NCBI GenBank assembly: GCA_024279935.1
Contig: JAJRQZ010000151.1
Coordinates: 7,455-31,454 of the forward strand
Direction of reading: 5' to 3'
Source: Bacteroidota bacterium
GTDB taxonomy: Bacteria; Bacteroidota; Bacteroidia; Bacteroidales; F082
Length of the DNA: 24,000 nucleotides
The notes under the pieces: model-generated
What the model was told of the DNA's origin: nothing
The model's database searches: none
Seen by the model: only the letters and a program-made list of their open reading frames with translations
Shown here: positions 9,168 to 16,913 of the stretch, in pieces
Layout: each line of letters begins with the position of its first letter
Position numbering within the stretch: the stretch's first letter is position 1
Position numbers and translations under genes: made by a program

Positions 9168-9521
9168 TTATGCCAACCTTAAGTTTTTTATGTTTTTTGT
9201 TACATCGTTGGGGCTAACATATTTTGTTAGCCTGATTTTTTTATGCTGTTCGGCGCAAATTGGGCAATGCGACATTTTAACGGGGAAAATATAATCGCAT
9301 TCATTGCAATAATAATAGCTTATCCTGGAAGCCACCCTTCTTTGCCTAAGCATAAAGATCAAGCCTGCCAGAGGGGTTAACAGAAAACTAATTATGAAGA
9401 TTTTTAATCCTTCGCTTTGCTTTTCGATGCCTATAACCGTAAGCAGGAAAGTAACTATAAGATAAACAGCGACAATAAAGAGGATCATAATATTGATTTT
9501 AATGAAACTTCCTGTTAACAA
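9168..9521 (-). CDS. hypothetical membrane protein with C-terminal CxxC...CxxC zinc-ribbon
   Basis: 117-aa ORF with two N-terminal TM helices followed by YYYCNECDYIFPVKMSHCPICAEQ. The track start is a TTG at 9521; the ATG at 9488 (MILFIVAVY...) is an equally plausible start. Confidence 0.55.
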   Translation of the reverse strand: MLTGSFIKINIMILFIVAVYLIVTFLLTVIGIEKQSEGLKIFIISFLLTPLAGLIFMLRQRRVASRISYYYCNECDYIFPVKMSHCPICAEQHKKIRLTKYVSPNDVTKNIKNLRLA

Positions 9522-9603
9522 TTCTCAGACCAAATAGTTTAAGTATCTGTTATAGAATAATTTATAGTTATAAAAAGAAACAATACAGTTAAAATGCTTG
9601 TAA

Positions 9604-9638
9604 TTTCGTAGAGTAAATTTGCTTTTTCGTAGAGTAAA
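9604..9638. repeat. two exact 14-bp direct repeats TTTCGTAGAGTAAA, 21 bp apart
   Basis: The copies lie at 9604-9617 and 9625-9638, in the 129-bp spacer upstream of the zinc-ribbon membrane protein gene. Confidence 0.9.
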
Positions 9639-9650
9639 GATACGATAAAA

Positions 9651-9842
9651 TCATATATACGGAAGTTTTTTATCGAATTCGCCACGTCTGTTGTCGGCTT
9701 TTGCTATTGTTTGCAGTTTTTCGTCATCGGAGGAATTATACCAAAGCCGTATTTCTTCTATGCTTCTGAAACACCCCAGGCAGATTCCGTTCTCGTCTTT
9801 GGTACAAACATGTATGCAGGGGTTTTTAATGTTGTTGTTCAT
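9651..9842 (-). CDS. DUF1289-type small Cys-rich protein
   Basis: 63-aa ORF with the pattern NPCIHVCTKDENGICLGCFRSIEEIRLW, characteristic of the DUF1289 family. It starts 6 bp after udk, so it is probably co-transcribed. Confidence 0.7.
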   Translation of the reverse strand: MNNNIKNPCIHVCTKDENGICLGCFRSIEEIRLWYNSSDDEKLQTIAKADNRRGEFDKKLPYI

Positions 9843-9848
9843 CGTTGG

Positions 9849-10457
9849 CTAAGGCAATTGCATTTTTATTCGCGACACCACCATTTCTATTGCAACCCTG
9901 TTTTTGCCTCCTTGAGGGATTATAACATCGGCAAATCGTTTTGTGGGTTCGATGAACTGCTCGTGCATAAGTTTTACATATTTGCTGTAATGCGTCAGAA
10001 CGCCGTCGATTGAGCGGCCGCGCGAAATGGTGTCCCTTTGAATTATGCGCATCAAGCGGTCGTCGCTATCGGTAGAAACGAACAGTTTAATGTCCAGGTG
10101 CTCTCGGAGGAGGTCGTTCGTGAGAACAAGTATCCCTTCAACTATAATTACCTTGTTCGGCTTAACGATATCGTAATTGTCCATACGGGCGCAGCTGACA
10201 TAATTATAGTTGGGCTTTTCGATGGGCTCCCCTTTTTTAAGCATATCCAGGTGCTTTATCAGCAATTCCCATTCAATGGAGTTCGGGTGGTCAAAGTTTA
10301 TCTTTAGTTTTTCCTCCTTGCTCAGATGCCCGTTGTCGTAATAATATGCGTCCTGGGGGATAACGGTTACCACCTTGTCGGGCAAGGCCTCTACGATTTT
10401 ATTTACGACAGTGGTTTTTCCCGAGCCGCTGCCTCCTGCAATTCCTATTATTAACAT
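9849..10457 (-). CDS. udk: uridine kinase
   Basis: 202-aa ORF with the P-loop IGIAGGSGSGKTT, plus NFDHPNS and IIVEGIL motifs typical of Udk. Confidence 0.9.
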   Translation of the reverse strand: MLIIGIAGGSGSGKTTVVNKIVEALPDKVVTVIPQDAYYYDNGHLSKEEKLKINFDHPNSIEWELLIKHLDMLKKGEPIEKPNYNYVSCARMDNYDIVKPNKVIIVEGILVLTNDLLREHLDIKLFVSTDSDDRLMRIIQRDTISRGRSIDGVLTHYSKYVKLMHEQFIEPTKRFADVIIPQGGKNRVAIEMVVSRIKMQLP

Positions 10458-10472
10458 AATTTTAGTTTAATG

Positions 10473-10480
10473 CAAAAATA
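10473..10480 (-). promoter_or_regulatory. candidate -7 box (TAttTTTG) for udk
   Basis: Plus-strand CAAAAATA equals minus-strand TATTTTTG, an exact TAnnTTTG match 16 nt upstream of the udk ATG. Confidence 0.35.
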
Positions 10481-10557
10481 ATAAAAGCCTACGATAATAA
10501 ATTGCATAATAAGGAAAACAAGTGAGTTTTTAATGCATGTAATAATATTTTATCCGC

Positions 10558-10654
10558 ATATGTTATACTTTATGACAAAATATTGCCTAATTATGTTGGA
10601 CTTTATGACAAATATGTATCAAATTATGTTGGACTTTATGACAGAACATGTTAC
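10558..10654. repeat. three-unit tandem direct repeat, period 33 bp
   Basis: The core AATTATGTTGGACTTTATGACA is exact at 10589-10610 and 10622-10643. A degenerate copy, ATATGTTATACTTTATGACA, lies at 10558-10577. The units abut the -7 box and start of the ATPase gene. Confidence 0.9.
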
Positions 10655-10659
10655 TTTTG
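10652..10659 (+). promoter_or_regulatory. candidate -7 box (TActTTTG) for the AAA+ ATPase gene
   Basis: Exact TAnnTTTG match 25 nt upstream of ATG 10684. It lies inside the track's longer ORF, which argues that 10684 is the real start. Confidence 0.4.
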
Positions 10660-10683
10660 CATAACAATACATTGAATATCACC

Positions 10684-12021
10684 ATGTTTTATAGAAAATA
10701 TTTAAAAGATTTAGAACTCTGGTCGGACAAAGAGGGCAGGAAGCCTTTAATTTTAAGGGGTGCAAGGCAAACAGGTAAGACTACTTTAGTAAAGATGTTT
10801 GCAAAACAATTCGACCAGTTTATCAATTTAAACCTTGAAAAAAAAGAGGATAACAACTTGTTTGATGACTCAAATAACATACATAAATTAATAGATGCAA
10901 TATTTTTTATAAAAAATGCCAGCAAACAAAGGAAAAGAACTCTTTTGTTTATTGATGAAATTCAAAATAATGTAAATGCAGTTAATTCTCTGCGATATTT
11001 TTATGAAGAAATTATTGATATTTGGGTAATAGCAGCCGGTTCATTACTCGAGTCACTAATAGACCGAAATTTTACATTCCCAGTTGGCAGGGTTGAATAT
11101 CTGGCAATAAGACCATTTACATTTGAGGAATTTCTGATAGCCAAAAATGAAAATAATGCAATTGAAATAATAAAATCAAATGACATACCGGATTATGCCC
11201 ATAGTAAATTAAACGATTTATTTAAAACATACACAATTATTGGTGGCCTTCCTGAAATAATTTCCAATTATATTAAGTATAATGACTTCAACCAACTTAA
11301 GAAAGTTTTTGAAAATATGTTAATTTCATATTTTGACGACATTGAAAAATACGCGAAAAACAATAAACAAGCCTTAATTATAAAGTCAGTACTGCAATTA
11401 TCATTTAAGCATGCTTCAAAAAGAATAACTTTCGAAAAGTTTGGCCATACAAATTACGGTTCACGGGAAATTTCAGAAGCATTACGATTGTTGGAAAAAA
11501 CACTTTTATTGTCTTTGGTAAATCCCTGTACAAAAACAAGACTTCCGATTGAAGAAAAACTAAGAATGTCGCCTAAGTTATTTCTTTTTGATACGGGTTT
11601 AGTAAACCATGTGAGCAGTTTACAAAAGCAATTATTTCTTTCCGACAATATTGATGACAATCAAACAGGGCTTATTGCAGAACAAATAACTGCTCAGCAA
11701 TTATTGGCACTAAATGACTCTCCGATAGCTAAATTAAATTTCTGGGTGCCCAAAACTAAAACATCACAGGCAGAAGTTGATTTTGTGCACATTTACGAAG
11801 ATTTGTTACTTCCTATTGAAGTAAAAGCAGGCGCAACCGGAAGATTGAGGTCGCTTTTCAGGTTTGTTGATGAGTCTCCCCATAACTTCGCCATAAGAAT
11901 ATACTCCGGTAAGTTTTCTGTTGAAGATGCCAATACAATAAAAGGTAAACAATTCAAACTGATTAATTTGCCTTTTTATCTTACCAGTCAGTTAAATAAG
12001 GTTATTTCAAAAAACATTTAA
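10684..12021 (+). CDS. stand-alone AAA+ ATPase with C-terminal PD-(D/E)xK-like motif (COG1373 / AAA_14 + DUF4143-type architecture)
   Basis: Walker A is GARQTGKTT (10759-10785) and Walker B is LLFIDEIQ. The C-terminal motif is AEVDFV...LLPIEVKAG (11773-11826), a D...(E)xK nuclease-like signature. I place the start at 10684 (MFYRKYL...); the track starts at 10648. Confidence 0.8.
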   Translation: MFYRKYLKDLELWSDKEGRKPLILRGARQTGKTTLVKMFAKQFDQFINLNLEKKEDNNLFDDSNNIHKLIDAIFFIKNASKQRKRTLLFIDEIQNNVNAVNSLRYFYEEIIDIWVIAAGSLLESLIDRNFTFPVGRVEYLAIRPFTFEEFLIAKNENNAIEIIKSNDIPDYAHSKLNDLFKTYTIIGGLPEIISNYIKYNDFNQLKKVFENMLISYFDDIEKYAKNNKQALIIKSVLQLSFKHASKRITFEKFGHTNYGSREISEALRLLEKTLLLSLVNPCTKTRLPIEEKLRMSPKLFLFDTGLVNHVSSLQKQLFLSDNIDDNQTGLIAEQITAQQLLALNDSPIAKLNFWVPKTKTSQAEVDFVHIYEDLLLPIEVKAGATGRLRSLFRFVDESPHNFAIRIYSGKFSVEDANTIKGKQFKLINLPFYLTSQLNKVISKNI

Positions 12022-12042
12022 ATATATCTACCTAATTTTCTG

Positions 12043-12126
12043 CTACATCAAAAAGCTCATCATGATACCTGCTGCCACTGCCGAGCCGATAACCCCTGCA
12101 ACACCAACTAGGGGATTTATCTTCAT
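12043..12126 (-). pseudogene. 27-codon relic of the mmdB/oadB 3' end with an internal 105-nt deletion
   Basis: The minus-strand translation is MKINPLVGVAGVIGSAVAAGIMMSFLM*. Positions 12044-12096 are 53/53 identical to 15582-15634, the true 3' end of the beta-subunit gene. The 5' third matches ...KKINPLVGAAGV of the intact gene but differs at synonymous positions. Confidence 0.85.
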
Positions 12127-12144
12127 TTGTGGTCTTTTCACTAT

Positions 12145-14034
12145 TTAGTTCTTAATCAATTTGGTCCTAAACCTCCCCCCTCCCAAAATAATCTCAACAA
12201 TAAACAAACCCTTATCAATGCTTGAAATATCAATTGTTGCAGGCGGGTTTTCCAATTGTAGCACTTTTTGCCCAACTTGGCTGTAAATGTTTAGTTGGTT
12301 GATAGTCGTATGTTTGTTTGTGGATATTGTGATTTTGTTTTGGGCGGGATTGGGGGAAATAGAAAAATTTTTATCCTTTGTCTCTGGAATTCCTGTATTG
12401 TCGTAAATTTCCAAAATCAAAGTATCGCTTAAATAGCAATTATTTATACGATTAACATCACACCAGATAGAATGACTCCCAACTCCCAATTTTTTACAAT
12501 CAATCGTAATGTTTCTTGTAGTATCGCCAGTTGACCATAAGTAGGAATTGTAAACACCGGGAGCTTCAAAATAAACCATATCACTTAGGGCTAAAGTAGT
12601 ATCGCTACCAATATCAAAATCAAGGCTTCCCCACCTGTTTAGTTTTGTTAAAAAGCCGTCTCTGAAACTTATGGAGTCTGAAGTAAGCGTATCGTTGGCG
12701 AACCATGTTTGACCTCTGAAATAACCAGCCATTATTAAATCGTTACATTTATTTAGTTTAAGGCCCGTAAAGCCAGTTTCCGACAGGGACCGAAACATTC
12801 GGGTATAATCCCAATTGCCATCATGATCAAAGGACATTAAAAGTATTTTCTGAGGCATCCCAAATTCGAAAAGTTGGCCATCGAGAATGAATTTATAGAA
12901 ACAAGGTATTACCCCAAACAAACTATCCTTATTACTGGTTATTCCAAAATATGGACAACCAGGGCCTCCCTTTTTAACTATTTTATACCAAGCAGGCACA
13001 AATGTTTTTGACATTCTTCCAATTATACTAAGTGTAGTATCTTCTGATTCATAAATAGTATCTTTTCCAATGTAGTTTTCACCAGAATACAGAAAAGTAG
13101 AGAAGAACAAATCGTCGTCAGGCCCTTTAATTAAGTTGCTGAAATACATGTTTGTTGGAATAATCATTCCGTTTTCCAAATTCCCATCCATATCCAGTTC
13201 CAGAACGAAATTTTTTGAATTATAATTCACATTAGCTCCATATTCAATTACTTTTCCGTCAAATTCAAAATTGCCTGAGGTTTTTCCGTTAATAAAAATA
13301 TTCCCATTATTTAATTCAAAGCTATTATAAACATAGAAAAAATCTCCGGTTTTAATATCTTTTCGCCACTCTATTTCACCATCAGTGTTTGTTTTAAGTA
13401 TTGCATGGCCAGCGTTAGAATATTCAACAGTATCCTGATCTAAATAGATGACGGTGCTTGCTCCTTCATGTTTTACAACCATCGTTAACGAACCATCTTG
13501 CTGTACAACGAAGCCTGATATTTTATCATGATGATTACCAGCAATGGTTTTTGTCCATATTAAATTGTTTTCGCTGTCTAGTTTAGCCAGAAAGATATCA
13601 AAAGTAAGTACCGGAAAATTACCATGATCGATTGGGTTACCGTTTATAAAAACTCTTTGTACAAAATCACCACTTACATAATAATTGCCCATACTGTCAG
13701 CTCCAAGAAAATGATCCCATAATTCACCGGTAGGTATAGGTTCTATATTAGTAACTCTATCTAAAATTCCATCATTATTAAATATCGAGATAGCAATATT
13801 GTCATAAGTTGGATAATCATGTTGAAAAGCAGTATCGTCAATAAATATGGACATATTATATTTTGACGAACAATACATATAATTATTATTGTCCACATCC
13901 CATAAATTAAAATACACATCATTTCCGGGAGAAGAACATTGTTTCATCCATTCCTGTGAGTAGGCTTCAATAAATAAACTGCTTATTAATTGAAATAATA
14001 ATAGTATTACGAGTAATTTTGTTATTTTGTTCAT
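12145..14034 (-). CDS. T9SS-sorted secreted protein with beta-propeller-type repeats
   Basis: 629-aa ORF with the signal peptide MNKITKLLVILLLFQLISSLFIEAYSQ. It has repeated ...DG(N/E)xxW... blade-like segments and a Y-L-W-S-T-G-D-T-T module. The Por-type C-terminal domain reads FSISPNPAQNKITI...LNIYSQVGQKV...IDKGLFIVEI. The gene is very AT-rich. Confidence 0.8.
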   Translation of the reverse strand: MNKITKLLVILLLFQLISSLFIEAYSQEWMKQCSSPGNDVYFNLWDVDNNNYMYCSSKYNMSIFIDDTAFQHDYPTYDNIAISIFNNDGILDRVTNIEPIPTGELWDHFLGADSMGNYYVSGDFVQRVFINGNPIDHGNFPVLTFDIFLAKLDSENNLIWTKTIAGNHHDKISGFVVQQDGSLTMVVKHEGASTVIYLDQDTVEYSNAGHAILKTNTDGEIEWRKDIKTGDFFYVYNSFELNNGNIFINGKTSGNFEFDGKVIEYGANVNYNSKNFVLELDMDGNLENGMIIPTNMYFSNLIKGPDDDLFFSTFLYSGENYIGKDTIYESEDTTLSIIGRMSKTFVPAWYKIVKKGGPGCPYFGITSNKDSLFGVIPCFYKFILDGQLFEFGMPQKILLMSFDHDGNWDYTRMFRSLSETGFTGLKLNKCNDLIMAGYFRGQTWFANDTLTSDSISFRDGFLTKLNRWGSLDFDIGSDTTLALSDMVYFEAPGVYNSYLWSTGDTTRNITIDCKKLGVGSHSIWCDVNRINNCYLSDTLILEIYDNTGIPETKDKNFSISPNPAQNKITISTNKHTTINQLNIYSQVGQKVLQLENPPATIDISSIDKGLFIVEIILGGGRFRTKLIKN

Positions 14035-14045
14035 GCCTAAGATTA

Positions 14046-15461
14046 TTAATGATTAACAACAAGCCGCCTAACCTCCACGATATTAGCAGTTTCTATTTTC
14101 AAAACATAAATTCTTGATTCAAATTTCAAAGTATTTAAATTTACATAACTAGCTAGGGGGGGAAATATGTTGAAGTAATTTGCCGTTTAAGTTGTAAACC
14201 GAAATGTTTTCAATCTTATCTTTTGATTCTATTATACAATTACTATTAGTGGGATTTGGATATAATTTGATATCAGAAACAGCAATGTTGCCATTGTTGG
14301 TGGAAGTCATAATTCCATCAGCATTGGTCTTTAGCAAATAAACATCTAATAAACCATACCCAAATTTTAGAGATCCACCACAAATTGCATAACCATTGTC
14401 GCTTGTTGTACATAATGATGTTCCTCCGGTTCCAATATCGAAAACTTGATCCCATAGAATATCGCCCTGTTCACTTACTTTAATCAATAATGTCTGACTA
14501 CCGTTAGAGCCTGTAATTATGTAATTTCCATCGTCCGCAATATCCACTTCCGCAGCATATTCTTCAATATCATCCTCTCCATAAGTTATTTCCCATAGTT
14601 TATTCCCATTTATATCTATTTTTACAATGAAAATGTCTGACTCCCAGAAAGGGAAAATTGAACCCGACCATTTTTTCCCACAGACAATGTAAGCACTATC
14701 ATTTGCTTTTGTAATGGAATAAAACGTAATATTGCCGTCATCAGCCGAAATTTTTGTTTCCCATTCTTTATTCCCCAAAGTGTCAATCTTCATCACCAAC
14801 CTGTGTTACAACTACCATCACATCCGACCGTTCCACATAACGTAAAACCATTATAGTATGAATCAGTAATATCGTTAAATGTAGTCGTAGCTCCTGTTTC
14901 GGTATATTCTTTTGACCATGTAACATCTCCAGATTTATCCAATTTATAAATAGATGCTATATAATTACTATAGGAGTAAAATCCGTAGCCACAAGTAATA
15001 AATCCCGAATCAACTGTTTGTATCAAGGCTTTTTGAATGCTAAAAACGTTCATTCCGTAATATTTTTCCCATTCCAGAATTCCATTACTACTAAATTTAG
15101 TTAAAATACACCTATAATTATAACTTGGTAATTCAACAATGTTAGAACATGTAATATAGCCTCCGTCAAAACTTTGAATACCTTTATACGCTCTGTTCCA
15201 AAGATTTGGATGATTACCGGAGTGTGTCCATTCAACATCACCTGATGCATTGGTTTTTATCGTATATATTTCGGGATTCCCGTAATAATAGTTTGTTGTA
15301 AACCCCGAAATAAAATATCCATTATCGGATGTCTCAACAACTGAATATCCAACATCATCTTCGAGGGTGCCATATCCTTTTTAAAATGTGTTTTGTGAAA
15401 AAATAATATAAGGATTTAAGAAAAAAAGGATATTTAACCATTTTAAAAGGGGATGTTTCAT
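14046..15461 (-). pseudogene. T9SS-sorted ~7-bladed beta-propeller protein, disrupted by one in-frame stop and two frameshifts
   Basis: The signal peptide MKHPLLKWLNILFFLNPYIIFSQNTF is followed by an in-frame TAA (15381-15383). The frame then stays open from 15380 to 14793 (KGYGTLEDDVGYSVVETSDNGYFISG...). A frameshift at about 14796-14806 leads into track ORF 14149..14799. A second frameshift in the G7 run at 14156-14162 leads into the remaining Por-type C-terminal domain (..SYVNLNTLKFESRIYVLKIETANIVEVRRLVVNH*), which stops at 14046-14048. There are seven repeats of the type G(Y/F)xxxG...D(I/V)xxxKxDxxGxxxW. Confidence 0.8.
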
Positions 15462-15524
15462 AATTAATTATTTTGCAATCAATTATAAGACAGTTTAAGA
15501 ACGTTTAACCCTTACTCCTTAAAC

Positions 15525-15555
15525 AAAAAAAGCAAGCCTTAAGGACAAACCTGCT
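15525..15555 (-). terminator. probable rho-independent terminator of the decarboxylase operon
   Basis: The minus strand reads AGCAGG-13 nt-CTTGCT followed by TTTTTTG. The stem is 15550-15555 / 15531-15536 (6 bp including one G-U), 25 nt after the beta-subunit stop. The stem is modest. Confidence 0.45.
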
Positions 15556-15580
15556 TTTGTATCAATGCTGAATTCAAATG

Positions 15581-16906
15581 TTACATCAAAAAGCTCATCA
15601 TGATACCTGCTGCCACTGCCGAGCCGATAACCCCGGCAACGTTTGGCGCCATGGCGTGCATGAGGAGGTGGTTGGAGGGGTCGTATTTTAAACCTTCGGT
15701 CTGGACAACCCTGGCGCTGTCGGGCACTGCCGAAACCCCTGCGGCGCCGACCAGCGGGTTTATTTTCTTCCCTTCTTTAAGGAAGACGTTCATGACCTTT
15801 GCGAACAGCACTCCTCCGGCAGTGGCCACGATAAAGGACAATGCGCCCAAAACAAATATCAAAATACTTTGCGAGGTGAGGAAGACGTCGGCCTGTGTTG
15901 AGGCTCCCACTGTTAATCCCAGCAATATGGTAACTATGTCTATGAGGGAATTCCTGGCGGTATCGGCCAGGCGCTTGGTTACCCCGCTTTCTTTCAGGAT
16001 ATTCCCGAAAAACAACATTCCCAGCAAGGGCAATGCCCCGGGGCTGATAAAAGTTGTTAGTATCAATGCGACTATCGGGAAAATTATTTTTTCAAGCTTG
16101 CTGACGGCGCGGGGTGGTTTCATGCGAATCACCCTCTCCTTCTTGCTCGTTAACAAACGCATTATCGGAGGCTGGATTACAGGTACAAGGGCCATATAAG
16201 AATATGCCGCAATGGCGATAGGCCCAATGAGGTTTCTTGTCTGCAAACCATTTATCAGTCCCCCGTTTGCAAGTTTTGAGGAAAGGAAAATTGCCGTTGG
16301 CCCGTCGGCACCGCCGATAATCCCGATTGCCCCGGCCTCGGGCATATTGAAGCCCAAAAACAAAGCGCCCAAAAAAGTAAGGAATATGCCAACCTGGGCA
16401 GCAGCCCCGAGGAGCATTAGCTTAGGGTTGGAAATTAATGACGAGAAGTCGGTCATGGCGCCGATACCAAGGAAAATAAGGGGCGGATAAATGCCTTTAG
16501 TTACTCCGTAGTATAGATAATTCAGCACGCTGCCATCCTGATATATACCAAGCTGAAGGTTTATTCCGCCGTCCTGGAAAAAAGGGATGTTGCCTATTAT
16601 TATTCCTGTCCCTATCGGTATGAGCAAAAGGGGTTCATAGTCGTATTTTATCGCAAGAAAAATAAAAAACAGGCCTACCGCAATCATTATAATGTTTCCG
16701 CCCCGGGCATTTCTAAACCCGGTATAGCTTATAAATTTGGCTAGCCCGTCCATGGGAGATTCCTTATCGATGGATTTAGCATGGTTTTCGGTAATGTTCA
16801 TCCCATCGGCAGATTTGGAATATCCGTCTTGAACGATGACGATATTCATAAACGCAAGGACGGCGATTATCCCAAAAACCGTAAGTGCTTTTTTTAAACC
16901 AAACAT
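15581..16906 (-). CDS. mmdB: Na+-translocating decarboxylase beta subunit (OadB/MmdB/GcdB family)
   Basis: Polytopic membrane protein (...YEPLLLIPIGTGIIIGNIPF..., GIIGGADGPTAIF..., AAGVSAVPDSARVV...) and last gene of the decarboxylase operon. I place the start at ATG 16906 (MFGLKK...), 8 nt after the upstream stop; the track start at 16927 overlaps the previous gene. Confidence 0.88.
   Translation of the reverse strand: MFGLKKALTVFGIIAVLAFMNIVIVQDGYSKSADGMNITENHAKSIDKESPMDGLAKFISYTGFRNARGGNIIMIAVGLFFIFLAIKYDYEPLLLIPIGTGIIIGNIPFFQDGGINLQLGIYQDGSVLNYLYYGVTKGIYPPLIFLGIGAMTDFSSLISNPKLMLLGAAAQVGIFLTFLGALFLGFNMPEAGAIGIIGGADGPTAIFLSSKLANGGLINGLQTRNLIGPIAIAAYSYMALVPVIQPPIMRLLTSKKERVIRMKPPRAVSKLEKIIFPIVALILTTFISPGALPLLGMLFFGNILKESGVTKRLADTARNSLIDIVTILLGLTVGASTQADVFLTSQSILIFVLGALSFIVATAGGVLFAKVMNVFLKEGKKINPLVGAAGVSAVPDSARVVQTEGLKYDPSNHLLMHAMAPNVAGVIGSAVAAGIMMSFLM
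15582..15634. repeat. right copy of the 53-bp perfect direct repeat (partner 12044-12096)
   Basis: TACATCAAAAAGCTCATCATGATACCTGCTGCCACTGCCGAGCCGATAACCCC is present identically at both positions, 3,538 bp apart. Confidence 0.95.
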
Positions 16907-16913
16907 TTTATTA

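Noticed and set aside
10558-10654. The 33-bp-period repeats, considered as a mini CRISPR array.
   Set aside because: There are only three units. The putative spacers are 11 nt long and related to each other, there is no cas gene, and the array abuts a promoter. It is a simple tandem repeat.
15600-16199. Long antisense ORFs inside well-supported genes. These are 15600..16199 and 16212..16490 in mmdB; 18046..18735, 18065..18340 and 18428..18700 in mmdA; 883..1341 and 908..1237 in mreB; 1769..3168 (several) in purH; 154..492 in mreC; 7287..8347 (several) in the lyase gene; and 20364..20633 and 21459..21746 in the MutS-like gene.
   Set aside because: Each lies opposite a gene with strong family signatures. 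The translations are low-complexity or compositionally odd (Ser/Pro/Arg-rich), and such shadow ORFs are expected opposite GC-richer coding sequence.
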